64,000 nt of DNA from Halarcobacter sp. (lineage in GTDB: Bacteria > Campylobacterota > Campylobacteria > Campylobacterales > Arcobacteraceae), in contig OY781089.1 of assembly GCA_963676565.1 (NCBI GenBank), positions 2,144,399 through 2,208,398 of the forward strand. Direction: 5' to 3'. The translations under genes and the position numbers were made by a program. The number at the start of each line of letters is the position of its first letter. Within the stretch, counting starts at the first letter, position 1. Positions 38,647 to 49,063 of this stretch are shown here, piece by piece. The notes beneath the pieces were generated by a model. That model was not told where the DNA came from. It saw only the letters and a program-made list of their open reading frames with translations, and searched no databases.

Positions 38647-39638
38647 AGTAGTGATGGAATGTTAGCTTCTTTTGAAACTTGTTCATAAAGTTCATCGTAG
38701 CTAACACCAATAAAATAGACTGCGTTAAAACTATTTTTCTTTAAAAATTCTTTTAAATCAGATAAAGAATTTATAAAAGTGTAGTCTATATCTTTATTAT
38801 CATCAATTTCTTTAGTTGTTAAATAGATAACTTTTGCATAATTGTATTTTTTTTCTAAGTATTTAACTTCTTTTAAAATTAATTCATCATTATCTTGAGC
38901 AATTAAAAATTTATCACTTCTTCCATAATCTGTATGATTTATTAGTTTATCAACAAATATAGGTTTTAAATTATGAAATTTTCTTAGTTTATTTAAATCT
39001 GCATCAAATCCTAAGTAACTATAAACATCTAAAAACTCTGTAATATATAAACTTGAAATTTTTATTTTTGAAAAATATTTTTCTTGAAAAGAGAAACTTG
39101 TTTCAAAAATTGAATGTTCAATTAAGTTTTTAATTTCATAATCTTTTGTGTTGAAATTAAAATTAACAGGGTATATATTATCAAGTACATTTTTATCTGA
39201 AGATATTATTGTATCATTCTCTTCTATTTCATCAATCAGTTTAAAAAACTTTGTTAAATCTTTAGGAACTATTTTAATATTTGTATGAACTGTAGTTTTT
39301 AAAAGAATTTTAAATAAATCGTAACTAACATTATTACAATAAAAAGCATTTAATCTTTTATTTGATAATAAGTATCTTACAAGTTTTACAATTGCATCAT
39401 TTATTGCCTCAACAAAAATCCAGGCAATTTCATTGTCACTAATAGAAACCTCTTTATCAACTACAATTGCAAAGGCACCATTTTCAATTGCTGTAGGAAT
39501 ATCCTCATCATTTTTTACAATGAATAGGTCACCCTCTCTCACTTTTTTAGGATTGGTTTTAATTGAATATATAAATGAGATTGATGGATGATTTAATAAT
39601 CTTCCATCAACTATGTCTAAAATAGAGGTGATTTGCAC
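38643..39638 (-). CDS. Conserved hypothetical protein with a Mur-ligase-like N-terminal domain
   Basis: KVREGDLFI...AIENGAFAIVV resembles the MurE/F N-domain; no GxxGKT motif. Confidence 0.55.
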   Translation of the reverse strand: MQITSILDIVDGRLLNHPSISFIYSIKTNPKKVREGDLFIVKNDEDIPTAIENGAFAIVVDKEVSISDNEIAWIFVEAINDAIVKLVRYLLSNKRLNAFYCNNVSYDLFKILLKTTVHTNIKIVPKDLTKFFKLIDEIEENDTIISSDKNVLDNIYPVNFNFNTKDYEIKNLIEHSIFETSFSFQEKYFSKIKISSLYITEFLDVYSYLGFDADLNKLRKFHNLKPIFVDKLINHTDYGRSDKFLIAQDNDELILKEVKYLEKKYNYAKVIYLTTKEIDDNKDIDYTFINSLSDLKEFLKKNSFNAVYFIGVSYDELYEQVSKEANIPSLL

Positions 39639-41608
39639 TAGCTTATTTTAGTTCCAGATTTTTTTGGTGTTTCAGGTCTAATAAGAGATAAACCATTTTC
39701 ATCACGTGCAGCCATCAACATACCTTCACTTAGCATACCCATAAGTTTTGCAGGTTTTAAGTTTGCAACAACACATGCCTGAGTTCCAACTAGATCTTTT
39801 GCCTCATAAAATTCTTTTATTCCAGCTAAGATTTGTCTATTTTTCCCTTCACCTAAATCAACTTGTAATTTTAAAAGTTTTTTAGATTTTGGTACTTCTT
39901 CGGCTTCTACAATTGTTCCAATTTTTAAACTTGTTTCAAAAAATTGATCAATAGTAATTAAATTATCATTTTCTTCTTCATCATTATCGTTTTTTTGTTC
40001 TTTTTTAGCTTTTGATTTTTCTTCAGGTTCAGCTTTTGAAACTTCAGGATTACTAGCTTGTTCTAAAAGTACTTCTTCAATTCTTGGGAAAAGTTGCTCA
40101 ACTTTTGTAATTGTAGTTTCACCTAAAAGCTCTTTATTCTTTATTAGTTTATTATAGGTTTCTGTATTAATCTCAATACCTAAAGATTTTGCAATTTTAG
40201 AAATTTTTTCTGGCATTACTGAATCTAAAAGTAGGGCAACTTTAGCCATAATATTTGTAATTAATGCAACTAAAGCCATAGCTTCTTCAGTTTTACCTTC
40301 TTTCATTTTAGCCCATGGTTCATAATCACCAATAGCTTTATTTGCAATAGTTAATACTTTCCAAATATCTTCAAGATATCTATTTAACTGCATATTAAAG
40401 ATATAACTTTCAACATTCTCTAAAATCTCATTAACTTCATCAAGTTCTTTTTTGTGAAACTTTTCAACATCTACAGAATCTATTTTAAAATCAAAATATT
40501 TCCCACTCATACCAGAAATTCTATTTAATAAATTACCTAAATCATTTCCTAAATCTGAGTTAATTCTATCCATAAGTGCTTTTTGAGAAAAATCTCCATC
40601 TTGACCAAAAGGAACTTCTCTTAACATAAAATATCTAAATGCATCTAGCCCATATGCATCTGCTACTTCTTTAGGATTTACAACATTTCCTTTTGATTTA
40701 GACATTTTTTCGCCATCTCTTGTCCACCATCCATGGGCAGCAATGTGAGTTGGAAGAGGTAAATCTAATGACATTAAAAATGCTGGCCAATAAATAGCAT
40801 GGAATCTTAGAATATCTTTACCAACTAGTTGAACTTTTGCTGGCCAATAATTCATATTTTCTTGTTTATCACCATAACCTAAGGCTGTGATATAGTTTAA
40901 TAGTGCATCAAGCCATACATACATAACATGTTTTGGCTCATTTATAGATTCTGGTAACTTTACACCCCAATCAAAAGATGTTCTAGAAATAGAAAGGTCT
41001 CTTAATCCACCTTTTACAAAATTTACAATCTCATTTTTTTTAGATCTTGGTAAAATACAATCTTCATTTTCTTCATACCATTTAATCAATTTATCTTCAT
41101 ATTTAGATAATTTAAAAAAGAAGCTTTCTTCTTTTACTATATTTGTAGGTTTCCCACAATCTGGGCAGAATTGCTCATCTACAAGTTGTTTTTCTGTGAA
41201 GAAAGTCTCACATGATACACAATAAAAACCTTCATACTCACCTTTGTAGATATCACCTTTATTGTACATTGTCTCAAATGCTTTTTGAACACCAATTTTA
41301 TGTTCGGTATCAGTAGTTCTAATAAACTTATCATATGAAATATCAAAGTCATCCCAAAGTGTTCTAAATTTTCCTGAAATTTCATCTGCATACTCTTGAG
41401 GAGTTCTTCCTCTTTGCTTTGCACTTTGTTCAATTTTTTGACCATGTTCATCAGTACCTGTAAGAAAATAAGTATCTAATCCAGTTAATCTTGAATATCT
41501 TGCAAGCATATCTGCAATTATAGTAGTATAAGCGTGTCCGATGTGTGCAACATCATTTACATAATATATTGGAGTAGTAATATAAACATTTTTACAGCAT
41601 TTTTCCAT
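39638..41608 (-). CDS. metG: Methionine--tRNA ligase
   Basis: HIGH, KMSKS, C-terminal tRNA-binding OB domain. Confidence 0.98.
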   Translation of the reverse strand: MEKCCKNVYITTPIYYVNDVAHIGHAYTTIIADMLARYSRLTGLDTYFLTGTDEHGQKIEQSAKQRGRTPQEYADEISGKFRTLWDDFDISYDKFIRTTDTEHKIGVQKAFETMYNKGDIYKGEYEGFYCVSCETFFTEKQLVDEQFCPDCGKPTNIVKEESFFFKLSKYEDKLIKWYEENEDCILPRSKKNEIVNFVKGGLRDLSISRTSFDWGVKLPESINEPKHVMYVWLDALLNYITALGYGDKQENMNYWPAKVQLVGKDILRFHAIYWPAFLMSLDLPLPTHIAAHGWWTRDGEKMSKSKGNVVNPKEVADAYGLDAFRYFMLREVPFGQDGDFSQKALMDRINSDLGNDLGNLLNRISGMSGKYFDFKIDSVDVEKFHKKELDEVNEILENVESYIFNMQLNRYLEDIWKVLTIANKAIGDYEPWAKMKEGKTEEAMALVALITNIMAKVALLLDSVMPEKISKIAKSLGIEINTETYNKLIKNKELLGETTITKVEQLFPRIEEVLLEQASNPEVSKAEPEEKSKAKKEQKNDNDEEENDNLITIDQFFETSLKIGTIVEAEEVPKSKKLLKLQVDLGEGKNRQILAGIKEFYEAKDLVGTQACVVANLKPAKLMGMLSEGMLMAARDENGLSLIRPETPKKSGTKIS

Positions 41609-41636
41609 TAATTTACCTCTTTGTTATAATTATTAA

Positions 41637-41840
41637 TTAAAATTCAAATCCACCGCCAGAGCCTTTATTCATAGACTCATAAACAGCAATGACATATTTT
41701 TTTCTAAGCTCACATTCAAAAAATTTGTTACAGGGTATACATGAGTTTAGATTATTAGATTTTTGACATTGATTAAGTTCTTCAATCTTTAAATCAAGCT
41801 TTAAATCCCATTCATCTTTTTGTACATTCTCAGCTTGCAT
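41637..41840 (-). CDS. Conserved small Cys-rich protein
   Basis: CQ...SCIPC...C...[15 protein letters not shown]; overlaps the fbp stop. Confidence 0.7.
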   Translation of the reverse strand: MQAENVQKDEWDLKLDLKIEELNQCQKSNNLNSCIPCNKFFECELRKKYVIAVYESMNKGSGGGFEF

Positions 41841-42678
41841 ATTGTTTGTAAACTTCTTTTACTTTTTCAACTTCTGATTTAGAACCAAAAAAACATGGTG
41901 TAGTATCATGAATATGAGTTGTTTCAACTTCTAAAACTCTTTTAAAACCATCAGTAGCAGCTCCACCAGCTAACTCATAAACAAATGCAAAAGGGAATAC
42001 TTCAAATAATTGTCTTAATTTACCTTTTGGTCTATCAGTAGTTGCAGGATATGAAAATAATCCTCCACCTTTTAATAGTATTTGATGTAAATCTGGAACC
42101 ATACCACCTGAATATCTTAAATAATATCCTTCATCAAACATCTCTTTTAAAAGTTTTTTATGTTCTGTTGGCCAAAACATTTGTGTTGAACCAGTTGCAT
42201 TTAAATTACCTTTAAAATCAAGTTTTATATCTTGAACATAGTGGAAAATACCACCATTTAATCTATACATTTTTACAGAATCTTCTGCCGCAACTACCAT
42301 TTCTATTCTTGGTCCAAAAACAACATATATCGCAGCAATAATATTTTTTGATGTAAAGTCATTTTTATAAATACCATAAATTGAACCAACTGAAAGGTTA
42401 ACATCAACTAATGATGAACCATCCAATGGGTCATAGGCAATTAAATATTCACCATCTTCATGTAAAGGAACAATTGCTTCTTGCTCTTCACTAACAATCT
42501 CTTTAATAGAAGGAATTTCTTTAAAAATATTTTCTATAATAATATCACTTGCAATATCAAGTTTTAATTGTGTGTCACCAGTAGAGTTTTCATTTTCACT
42601 TTTTCCAGTATCACCTTTATCAATAACTTTTTTAATTTCAATACTTGCTTTTTTTATTGCTTCAATTATATCGTTCAT
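41830..42678 (-). CDS. fbp: Class 1 fructose-1,6-bisphosphatase
   Basis: [27 protein letters not shown]. Confidence 0.95.
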   Translation of the reverse strand: MNDIIEAIKKASIEIKKVIDKGDTGKSENENSTGDTQLKLDIASDIIIENIFKEIPSIKEIVSEEQEAIVPLHEDGEYLIAYDPLDGSSLVDVNLSVGSIYGIYKNDFTSKNIIAAIYVVFGPRIEMVVAAEDSVKMYRLNGGIFHYVQDIKLDFKGNLNATGSTQMFWPTEHKKLLKEMFDEGYYLRYSGGMVPDLHQILLKGGGLFSYPATTDRPKGKLRQLFEVFPFAFVYELAGGAATDGFKRVLEVETTHIHDTTPCFFGSKSEVEKVKEVYKQYAS

Positions 42679-43199
42679 TATACCCTCTTTGCATTTTTTT
42701 CAATCCATGAGATAATCTCTTCTGGATTATTTAAGTCTAGTTTCTCAATATTGTCAGGAATATCATCAGCACTTATTGTTGAATCATGAGCAATGGCATC
42801 TGTAACTGGAAAATAAGTCTCATCAAGTTTATTTCTAAAGACTGAAATTCTTGGGAGAGGTAGAGTCTTTAGACCCTCAACCAATAAATAATCAAAATCA
42901 CCAAAAAGTTCAATCATCTCATCAATAGTTGATGTAGCTTGTTTAAATAAAGTTGTTCTTGTGGGACTCACAACTGCAACATTTGCACCTGTTTTTGTGA
43001 ACTTATCACTATCTTTCCCTTCTTTATCAAATATAGCTTTATCCTTTGGATCATGCTTTACAATACATACTTTATAACCATTTTGATTTAGTATGTTTGA
43101 GACATTAACTACTAATGTAGTTTTACCACTATTTGAAGGCCCGCTAAATGCAACAGCTAGTTTCTTATAATTCTTATCCATGAGGCTGATTTTACCCAA
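42678..43199 (-). CDS. mobB: Molybdopterin-guanine dinucleotide biosynthesis protein B (start may be at 43181)
   Basis: [25 protein letters not shown]. Confidence 0.92.
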   Translation of the reverse strand: MGKISLMDKNYKKLAVAFSGPSNSGKTTLVVNVSNILNQNGYKVCIVKHDPKDKAIFDKEGKDSDKFTKTGANVAVVSPTRTTLFKQATSTIDEMIELFGDFDYLLVEGLKTLPLPRISVFRNKLDETYFPVTDAIAHDSTISADDIPDNIEKLDLNNPEEIISWIEKNAKRV

Positions 43200-43261
43200 A
43201 CCATGGTTAAAGTAACTTTAGTGTAAAATTCCAATTATTAAATATTTGGAGATATACTTTA

Positions 43262-43750
43262 ATGAGAAAAAATATATTAATTTTTACTTTAATAATTTCA
43301 TTTGTTTTTATTGGATGTTCAAAAAGAAATGATTCATTAAAAGGTTTTAAGAATAGTAATCAAAGTCCTATGGCAATACAATATACTAAAAAAAGAGATT
43401 TGTCTTATAATGATTCACTAAAAGTTATGGTTTTTGCTACATATTTAAATAAAGCTTCTAAAAAATATGAAACTAATAAATTAGATAGCTTTGTTGTTGG
43501 AATTCATATTACAAACCAACAAAACCATGATTTAATTAAAAATAGATTTGAAGTTACATTGAATGGTGACAAACCAAAAACTATGGTTAAACTTCCAAAT
43601 GATTCAGATATAATTGAAATTATTCCACTAAAGAATCAATGGGCAGAATATTATTTAATACATTTTGATAACAAAAAAGATATTAAAAAACTAAATTTAA
43701 AAATTACTCATCCTGTTTATGGTGTGGTTTCATTAGAGTTTCTAAAATAG
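43262..43750 (+). CDS. Lipoprotein
   Basis: Signal peptide with lipobox FIGC. Confidence 0.75.
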   Translation: MRKNILIFTLIISFVFIGCSKRNDSLKGFKNSNQSPMAIQYTKKRDLSYNDSLKVMVFATYLNKASKKYETNKLDSFVVGIHITNQQNHDLIKNRFEVTLNGDKPKTMVKLPNDSDIIEIIPLKNQWAEYYLIHFDNKKDIKKLNLKITHPVYGVVSLEFLK

Positions 43751-45143
43751 ATTGTAAAGATATTTTATCTTTACTTTTTTTTGTTAAAGAATTATAGTAT
43801 AAAACATAATACATTAAAAAGTTTTTCTTTTCTTCTAAATTATCTTTTAGTAATAGTTCTAAAGAGATAAATGGTTCTAAATCTTTTAATTCTATTTCTT
43901 TAAAATCTATATTTACTCCATCGAAAGCAATAGATAGTAATAGAGGATTTTTATATCTATTTTCAATATTTGAAATATATATATTTACAAATTTTAAATT
44001 TTCATCAAGATTAAAATAGTTTATTTCTTCATTTTCATCCTCTAAAGCTAGTAGATCAGAAATTGAATTGATTAAATCAACTTTTAATTGGAAAATACCA
44101 ACTTCAAAGTTCTTAGAAATCATGTTTGTATCAAAATTTGATTTAGTTTTAGCAAGTGAGTAAAGTAGGGCGATTCTATCTGTTTTGTACTTTTTTTTCA
44201 GTGAATCTATATTTTCAATTTTAGTTAATAATTTATCTATATCAACATTTTTTTTAGCAATTTCAATTGCATTATATGAATAAAAATTTAATTCATTGCT
44301 ATTTAAAAGATTGTTTAAATAAGTTTCATCTTTAGTGATTTTATATAGCCAAAAATAAATTTTGTCTATCTCATATTGTGAATTTGTTTTTAAAAGGGCA
44401 TTATTAAAATAAATATATGCTTTATTGAAATTATTTACTCTTGTATTGCTTAGTCCAAGGAAAAATGATGATGTAAAATTTAAGTCTTGATCATCAATTT
44501 CTAAAAGTGAATTATTTAAATTGTTTAATTTAGGATCTGTTAGGGAAACTTTTAAAAACTGATTGAATTTTTCCTTATCTTTAAAAATCTTTTCAAAACT
44601 TCTTTTTGGTAATTTATAATTAAAATATTTTTGTCTAAATTCTTTATTAACATTTAAAAATATATCATAAAAGTTGTCTTTTTTTTGAATAATTAGTTTT
44701 GTAAAAGGGATAGCAGCTGAGATAACTTTTAGTTTGTTTGAAAAGTTCGGGTATTTATCCTTGACTTTTTGTTTAATTAAATCAAACTCAATTGCAGATA
44801 GTCTTGAAAGTTTTTTTGTATTTAAACCTAAAACAATACAATCTGCATATGTATTTATTAAATCTTTTACATCCATATTCATACATTGTGCAACCGCAAA
44901 AGTTTCATCATGATTATATTTTTTAGCAAAGTTAAAAAATAATTCATTGTTCATATTATCAATTAAAGATAAACTTTTATAAGCTATATCAGAATTGATA
45001 TCTTTTTTTAATAATTCATTTATATAAAAATCTCTTTTTATACCTTTTTGAATCGATTTAATCTCTTCAAACTCTTTTATAAAGTCGTTACTATTTGCAT
45101 AGGAAAATATTGAAAAGAAACATAAAAAAAGAATGTATCTCAT
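43704..45143 (-). CDS. Soluble lytic transglycosylase homologue with a degenerate active site
   Basis: Signal peptide, helical repeats (FWLY..T, FYS), SLT-like domain LLYSLAKTKSNF...GIFQL; syntenic position between the lipoprotein and yggT. Confidence 0.65.
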   Translation of the reverse strand: MRYILFLCFFSIFSYANSNDFIKEFEEIKSIQKGIKRDFYINELLKKDINSDIAYKSLSLIDNMNNELFFNFAKKYNHDETFAVAQCMNMDVKDLINTYADCIVLGLNTKKLSRLSAIEFDLIKQKVKDKYPNFSNKLKVISAAIPFTKLIIQKKDNFYDIFLNVNKEFRQKYFNYKLPKRSFEKIFKDKEKFNQFLKVSLTDPKLNNLNNSLLEIDDQDLNFTSSFFLGLSNTRVNNFNKAYIYFNNALLKTNSQYEIDKIYFWLYKITKDETYLNNLLNSNELNFYSYNAIEIAKKNVDIDKLLTKIENIDSLKKKYKTDRIALLYSLAKTKSNFDTNMISKNFEVGIFQLKVDLINSISDLLALEDENEEINYFNLDENLKFVNIYISNIENRYKNPLLLSIAFDGVNIDFKEIELKDLEPFISLELLLKDNLEEKKNFLMYYVLYYNSLTKKSKDKISLQSILETLMKPHHKQDE

Positions 45144-45421
45144 TAGATTCCCATAAATAATCTACCAAGAAATGTTTCTAGAAAAATTAATACTAAAATC
45201 ACAATTAATGGAGCCAAGTCCATTCCACCAAATACAGTAGGAATAAATCTTCTAACAAACGCATAAGCAGGTTCTGTTAACCTATAAAGCATTTGGACAA
45301 TAGGGTTATATGGATCAGGTCTTACCCAAGATAATAAAGCTGAAATAATAATAACCCATTTATAAAGTGTAATAACAGATAGTATTACTGTAAAAACCGA
45401 TCCTAAAAATGCATCCATCAT
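45143..45421 (-). CDS. yggT: YggT family membrane protein
   Basis: IISALLSWV.PDPYNPIVQ.L..LTEP, GGMDLAP. Confidence 0.92.
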   Translation of the reverse strand: MMDAFLGSVFTVILSVITLYKWVIIISALLSWVRPDPYNPIVQMLYRLTEPAYAFVRRFIPTVFGGMDLAPLIVILVLIFLETFLGRLFMGI

Positions 45422-46692
45422 TTTATAATTTCTCCAATATAATTTTTAATTAATGGGTAAATATCATTCATATCTGGCCCATTTTCAGTTCCTAAAATTA
45501 GGTATGAGATTGTTTTTTTAATCTCAGTTTCTTTTAAATTAGTGTTGTTTTCAATATATTTTTTTAATTCTTCAAAATCATTGAAAAAAGGTGCACTTTT
45601 CATACAACTTTTTAACTCTAAAATTTCATCTTTTAAAGTACTATTTTCTTTTTTAGTTTGAAAAATTAAAGTTATTTTTTCTTCTAGTTTTTTTAGTGTA
45701 CTAACTTCATTTAAAAATAGCTTTGCAAGACTTCCTATATCAGCATCAGCATAAGATAAGATTTTTGATAATCTAAGGTTATCCATTAATTCAATATGTT
45801 TTTTATTTATCTTTTTTAATTCATCAATATCAAAAACAATATTATCACTAATAATGTTTTTTACATCAAAAGATTTAATAGTATCTTCTAAAGAAACAAT
45901 TTTATCATCAACCTTTAAACTTATAATCATTAAATAGTTCGCAATAGCACTTGGTAAATACCCTTCATCAATAAACCACTTTAGATTATTTAAAGATTCA
46001 TTGTTTGATATTTTGGGTAAATGTAAATAATCTATTTTAGTATCATATGATAATAAAGTTCTTGTGTAAGTTTCTCTTGCAGAGTTTGTTAACTCTTCTT
46101 CATTTGAAACAACAGTTGAGATATTATATAACATATCATCAATTGCACTTGCATAAACTTTTTTAGGCATTTTATCATGTGCTAAAGCAATATATGAATC
46201 TATTTCATAAGGTTCAAAAACAATCTCACCTTTTAATAAATCATTAATAGTTACTTTTTTATTTGGTTCTTTAATTCTAACTGTAAAAGGAGCATTGCAA
46301 TTTAAAACAGTTTCATCAGATAAAGTTGAGCAGAAACCATCATATCTAATAGGTTTATTTTCTTTTTCTGCTTCTTCTTTTAGTTCATTTAGTTTTTCAT
46401 CTGAACAAAAACATGCAAATGCATCTTTTTTAGCCATTAATTGCATGATGATTTTTTGATGATATTTTAAATTTTCACTTTGATAAACTACTCTTTCATG
46501 GTCAATTGAAAATAGATTTAAGAGTTCAAGTATCTCTTTTTCTATATTTTCAATATTGTTTTGTTTATCTGTATCATCAATACTAATTAATAAAGGTTTG
46601 ACTAATTTTTTTGATAAGATATAATTAAATATCCCAATTCTCAAAGTTTCAATATCTAAATGTTTAGTTGCGCTAACTCTAAATCTTACCAA
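45418..46692 (-). CDS. gltX2: Glutamyl-tRNA synthetase 2-like protein with degenerate HIGH/KMSKS motifs
   Basis: DDTD, YQSEN, AFACFCS...YDGFC, DDML, YLHLP and GYLPSAIANY match GluRS, but the catalytic motifs are altered. Confidence 0.75.
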   Translation of the reverse strand: MVRFRVSATKHLDIETLRIGIFNYILSKKLVKPLLISIDDTDKQNNIENIEKEILELLNLFSIDHERVVYQSENLKYHQKIIMQLMAKKDAFACFCSDEKLNELKEEAEKENKPIRYDGFCSTLSDETVLNCNAPFTVRIKEPNKKVTINDLLKGEIVFEPYEIDSYIALAHDKMPKKVYASAIDDMLYNISTVVSNEEELTNSARETYTRTLLSYDTKIDYLHLPKISNNESLNNLKWFIDEGYLPSAIANYLMIISLKVDDKIVSLEDTIKSFDVKNIISDNIVFDIDELKKINKKHIELMDNLRLSKILSYADADIGSLAKLFLNEVSTLKKLEEKITLIFQTKKENSTLKDEILELKSCMKSAPFFNDFEELKKYIENNTNLKETEIKKTISYLILGTENGPDMNDIYPLIKNYIGEIIK

Positions 46693-46693
46693 A

Positions 46694-47986
46694 CTATTTC
46701 CTTATAATAGAAAAAGATAATTTGTTGATCTCTTTGTGAGATTTAATATACTGATTTAAATCTTCAAGCTTTAAAGATTCAATTTTTTCAAGTTCTTTTT
46801 GAGAATGATCTTGTTCTAAACCTCTATAATAGTTTGTAAAAGCTCTATTTAATCTACTTGATAAAGTTTCAGTTCTTAAAGGCTCGCTACCTAATAAAAA
46901 CTTTTTAGCAGATTCTAGTTCATCTTCAGTAACACCATTTTTAGCAAAATCCTTAACTAACTCTTTCACAAGTTTAACAGCTTCATTTGCACTTTCATTT
47001 TTTGTTTGTAAGTAACCCGTAAAATAAGAGTGTGATTTATTTTGAGATACATACCCATATGCTGAGTAAGCAAGTCCTCTTTTTACTCTAATCTCTTCCA
47101 TAAGTCTAGAACCAAAACCACTTCCACCTAAAATAAAAGAAGCAACTTTAGCCATATATGAATTTTCATCTTTTACATCAACATAAAAAGGACTACCAAA
47201 ATAAATATAGGCTTGTTGTGTTTCTTTTTTTACAGTTTTAGTTTCTGCTTCTTCATTTACTTTTATTTTTGTTAATTTGTTTTTATTCTTATTGTTAAGA
47301 GTTTTAATAAGGCTTTTTATTTTAACTTCAATCTCATCAAAGGTAAAATCTCCACCAACAACAACAATAAGATTGTTTAAATCTAAAGCCTTATCTAAAA
47401 AGTTTTCTATATCATTTAATTTAATTTTTGAAATTGAATCAATTGTTCCTGATGAAGGATTAGCCAACGCTGTATCTTTAAAGATAATTTTTTTTAAGTT
47501 TTTACTAGCTTGGTAATCATAATCATTCTCTTTTCTTTTTAAAGAACCACTTGTAATTGTTTTAATCTTTTCTAAAACTTTTTCATCATAATTAGGATCT
47601 TCTAAAAGATTTTTTAAAAGTTTTAAAGCTTTTTCATGAACATCTTTAATAGAAGACAATTCAATTACAAAAGTTTCAAAACCAGTTGAAGCACTTAATG
47701 ATATAGCTGAGTTTTCTAACTTCTCTGCAAATTTTGTACTACCTAATTTTTTTGTACCTTCATTTAAAAGTTTAGCTGAAGTTGAAGCTAGGCCACTTAT
47801 ATTATCTTGAATATATCCAGAGTTTTTAAATACTAATTGTAAGTTTAATATTGGAAGATTTTTATTCTTTTCAAATACTACTGGAACACTTACTCCTTTT
47901 ATATTTATATGCTTTATAGTAGCAGCCATTAAAAATCCTTGTAAAAATAAAAATATTAATAAAATTTTTGAAAAATGTGTTTTCAT
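46694..47986 (-). CDS. M16 (pitrilysin) family protein, non-catalytic type
   Basis: LGGSGFGSRLMEEIRVKRGLAYSA; no HxxEH motif. Confidence 0.85.
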   Translation of the reverse strand: MKTHFSKILLIFLFLQGFLMAATIKHINIKGVSVPVVFEKNKNLPILNLQLVFKNSGYIQDNISGLASTSAKLLNEGTKKLGSTKFAEKLENSAISLSASTGFETFVIELSSIKDVHEKALKLLKNLLEDPNYDEKVLEKIKTITSGSLKRKENDYDYQASKNLKKIIFKDTALANPSSGTIDSISKIKLNDIENFLDKALDLNNLIVVVGGDFTFDEIEVKIKSLIKTLNNKNKNKLTKIKVNEEAETKTVKKETQQAYIYFGSPFYVDVKDENSYMAKVASFILGGSGFGSRLMEEIRVKRGLAYSAYGYVSQNKSHSYFTGYLQTKNESANEAVKLVKELVKDFAKNGVTEDELESAKKFLLGSEPLRTETLSSRLNRAFTNYYRGLEQDHSQKELEKIESLKLEDLNQYIKSHKEINKLSFSIIRK

Positions 47987-47992
47987 AAAAGG

Positions 47993-49063
47993 TTAAAACC
48001 TCTCTAATATCTCATATGCAGTGTTTCTCTTTGCTGGATTCTCTCCAACATCTCTAATAAGTTGTATCATCTCATCTTGATTCATACAATTAGTTGCACC
48101 TGCTGCTGCAACTACATTTTCTTCCATCATAGTTGAACCTAAGTCGTTTGCTCCAAATTTTAAAGCCATTTGACCTATATAACTTCCTTGTGTAACCCAT
48201 GAACTTTGAATGTTAGGGAAATTATCTAAATAAAGTCTTGCTACTGCAAGCAATCTTAAATATCTATTTGATGATTGTGGTTTTAAATCAGGAATCTCTT
48301 CTTTTAATTGTGTGTTATCACTTTGAAAAGACCACATAATAAAAGCTCTAAAACCGCCACTTTCATCTTGAAGTTTTCTTATCATTTCCCAGTGTTCAAT
48401 AATCTCTTCATCAGTTTCAACTGTGCCAAACATCATTGTTGCAGTTGTTTTCATACCAATTGAGTGAGCTAACCTATGTATTTCAATCCACTCAGCAGCA
48501 TCTATTTTTTTAGGAGCTATTATATCCCTAACTCTATCACTTAGAATCTCAGCCCCAGCACCCGGAATAGAACTTAATCCCTTAGCTTGTAATCTTTTTA
48601 AAACTTCTAATTTTGAAATTTTTGATACTTTTGCAATAAAAGAAATTTCAATAGCAGAAAAAGAGTGTAGGGTGATTTGTGGGAATTTAGTATGAATATG
48701 TTCTACTAAATCTTCATAATAATCAATTTTTAAATTTGGATGAACTCCACCTTGCATAAGAATCTGAGTTCCACCAATTGCTAGTAGCTCTTCAATTTTT
48801 TTATCTATTTCATCATATGATAAAACATATGAATCATCATCTTTTTTGTGTCTATAAAAGGCACAAAACTTACAATCAACCCAACATACGTTTGTATAGT
48901 TAATATTTCTATCAACAACAAATGTTGTAACTTTTTTTGGATGTAATTGCTCTTTTCTTTGTGTTGCTAATTTTCCTAATTCAACTAAAGAAGCATTTTT
49001 TATTAAGTCTAATGCTTCTTCATTACTTAATCTTTTATTTGCATAATCTATTTTTTTAACCAT
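47993..49063 (-). CDS. mqnC: Dehypoxanthine futalosine cyclase
   Basis: DRNINYTNVCWVDCKFCAF, GAEIL, TATMMFG, SSWVTQG, GSTMMEENVV. Confidence 0.93.
   Translation of the reverse strand: MVKKIDYANKRLSNEEALDLIKNASLVELGKLATQRKEQLHPKKVTTFVVDRNINYTNVCWVDCKFCAFYRHKKDDDSYVLSYDEIDKKIEELLAIGGTQILMQGGVHPNLKIDYYEDLVEHIHTKFPQITLHSFSAIEISFIAKVSKISKLEVLKRLQAKGLSSIPGAGAEILSDRVRDIIAPKKIDAAEWIEIHRLAHSIGMKTTATMMFGTVETDEEIIEHWEMIRKLQDESGGFRAFIMWSFQSDNTQLKEEIPDLKPQSSNRYLRLLAVARLYLDNFPNIQSSWVTQGSYIGQMALKFGANDLGSTMMEENVVAAAGATNCMNQDEMIQLIRDVGENPAKRNTAYEILERF

Noticed and set aside
46694-47986. M16 peptidase lacking HxxEH as a novel pseudo-enzyme
   Set aside because: Non-catalytic M16 subunits are common and well known.
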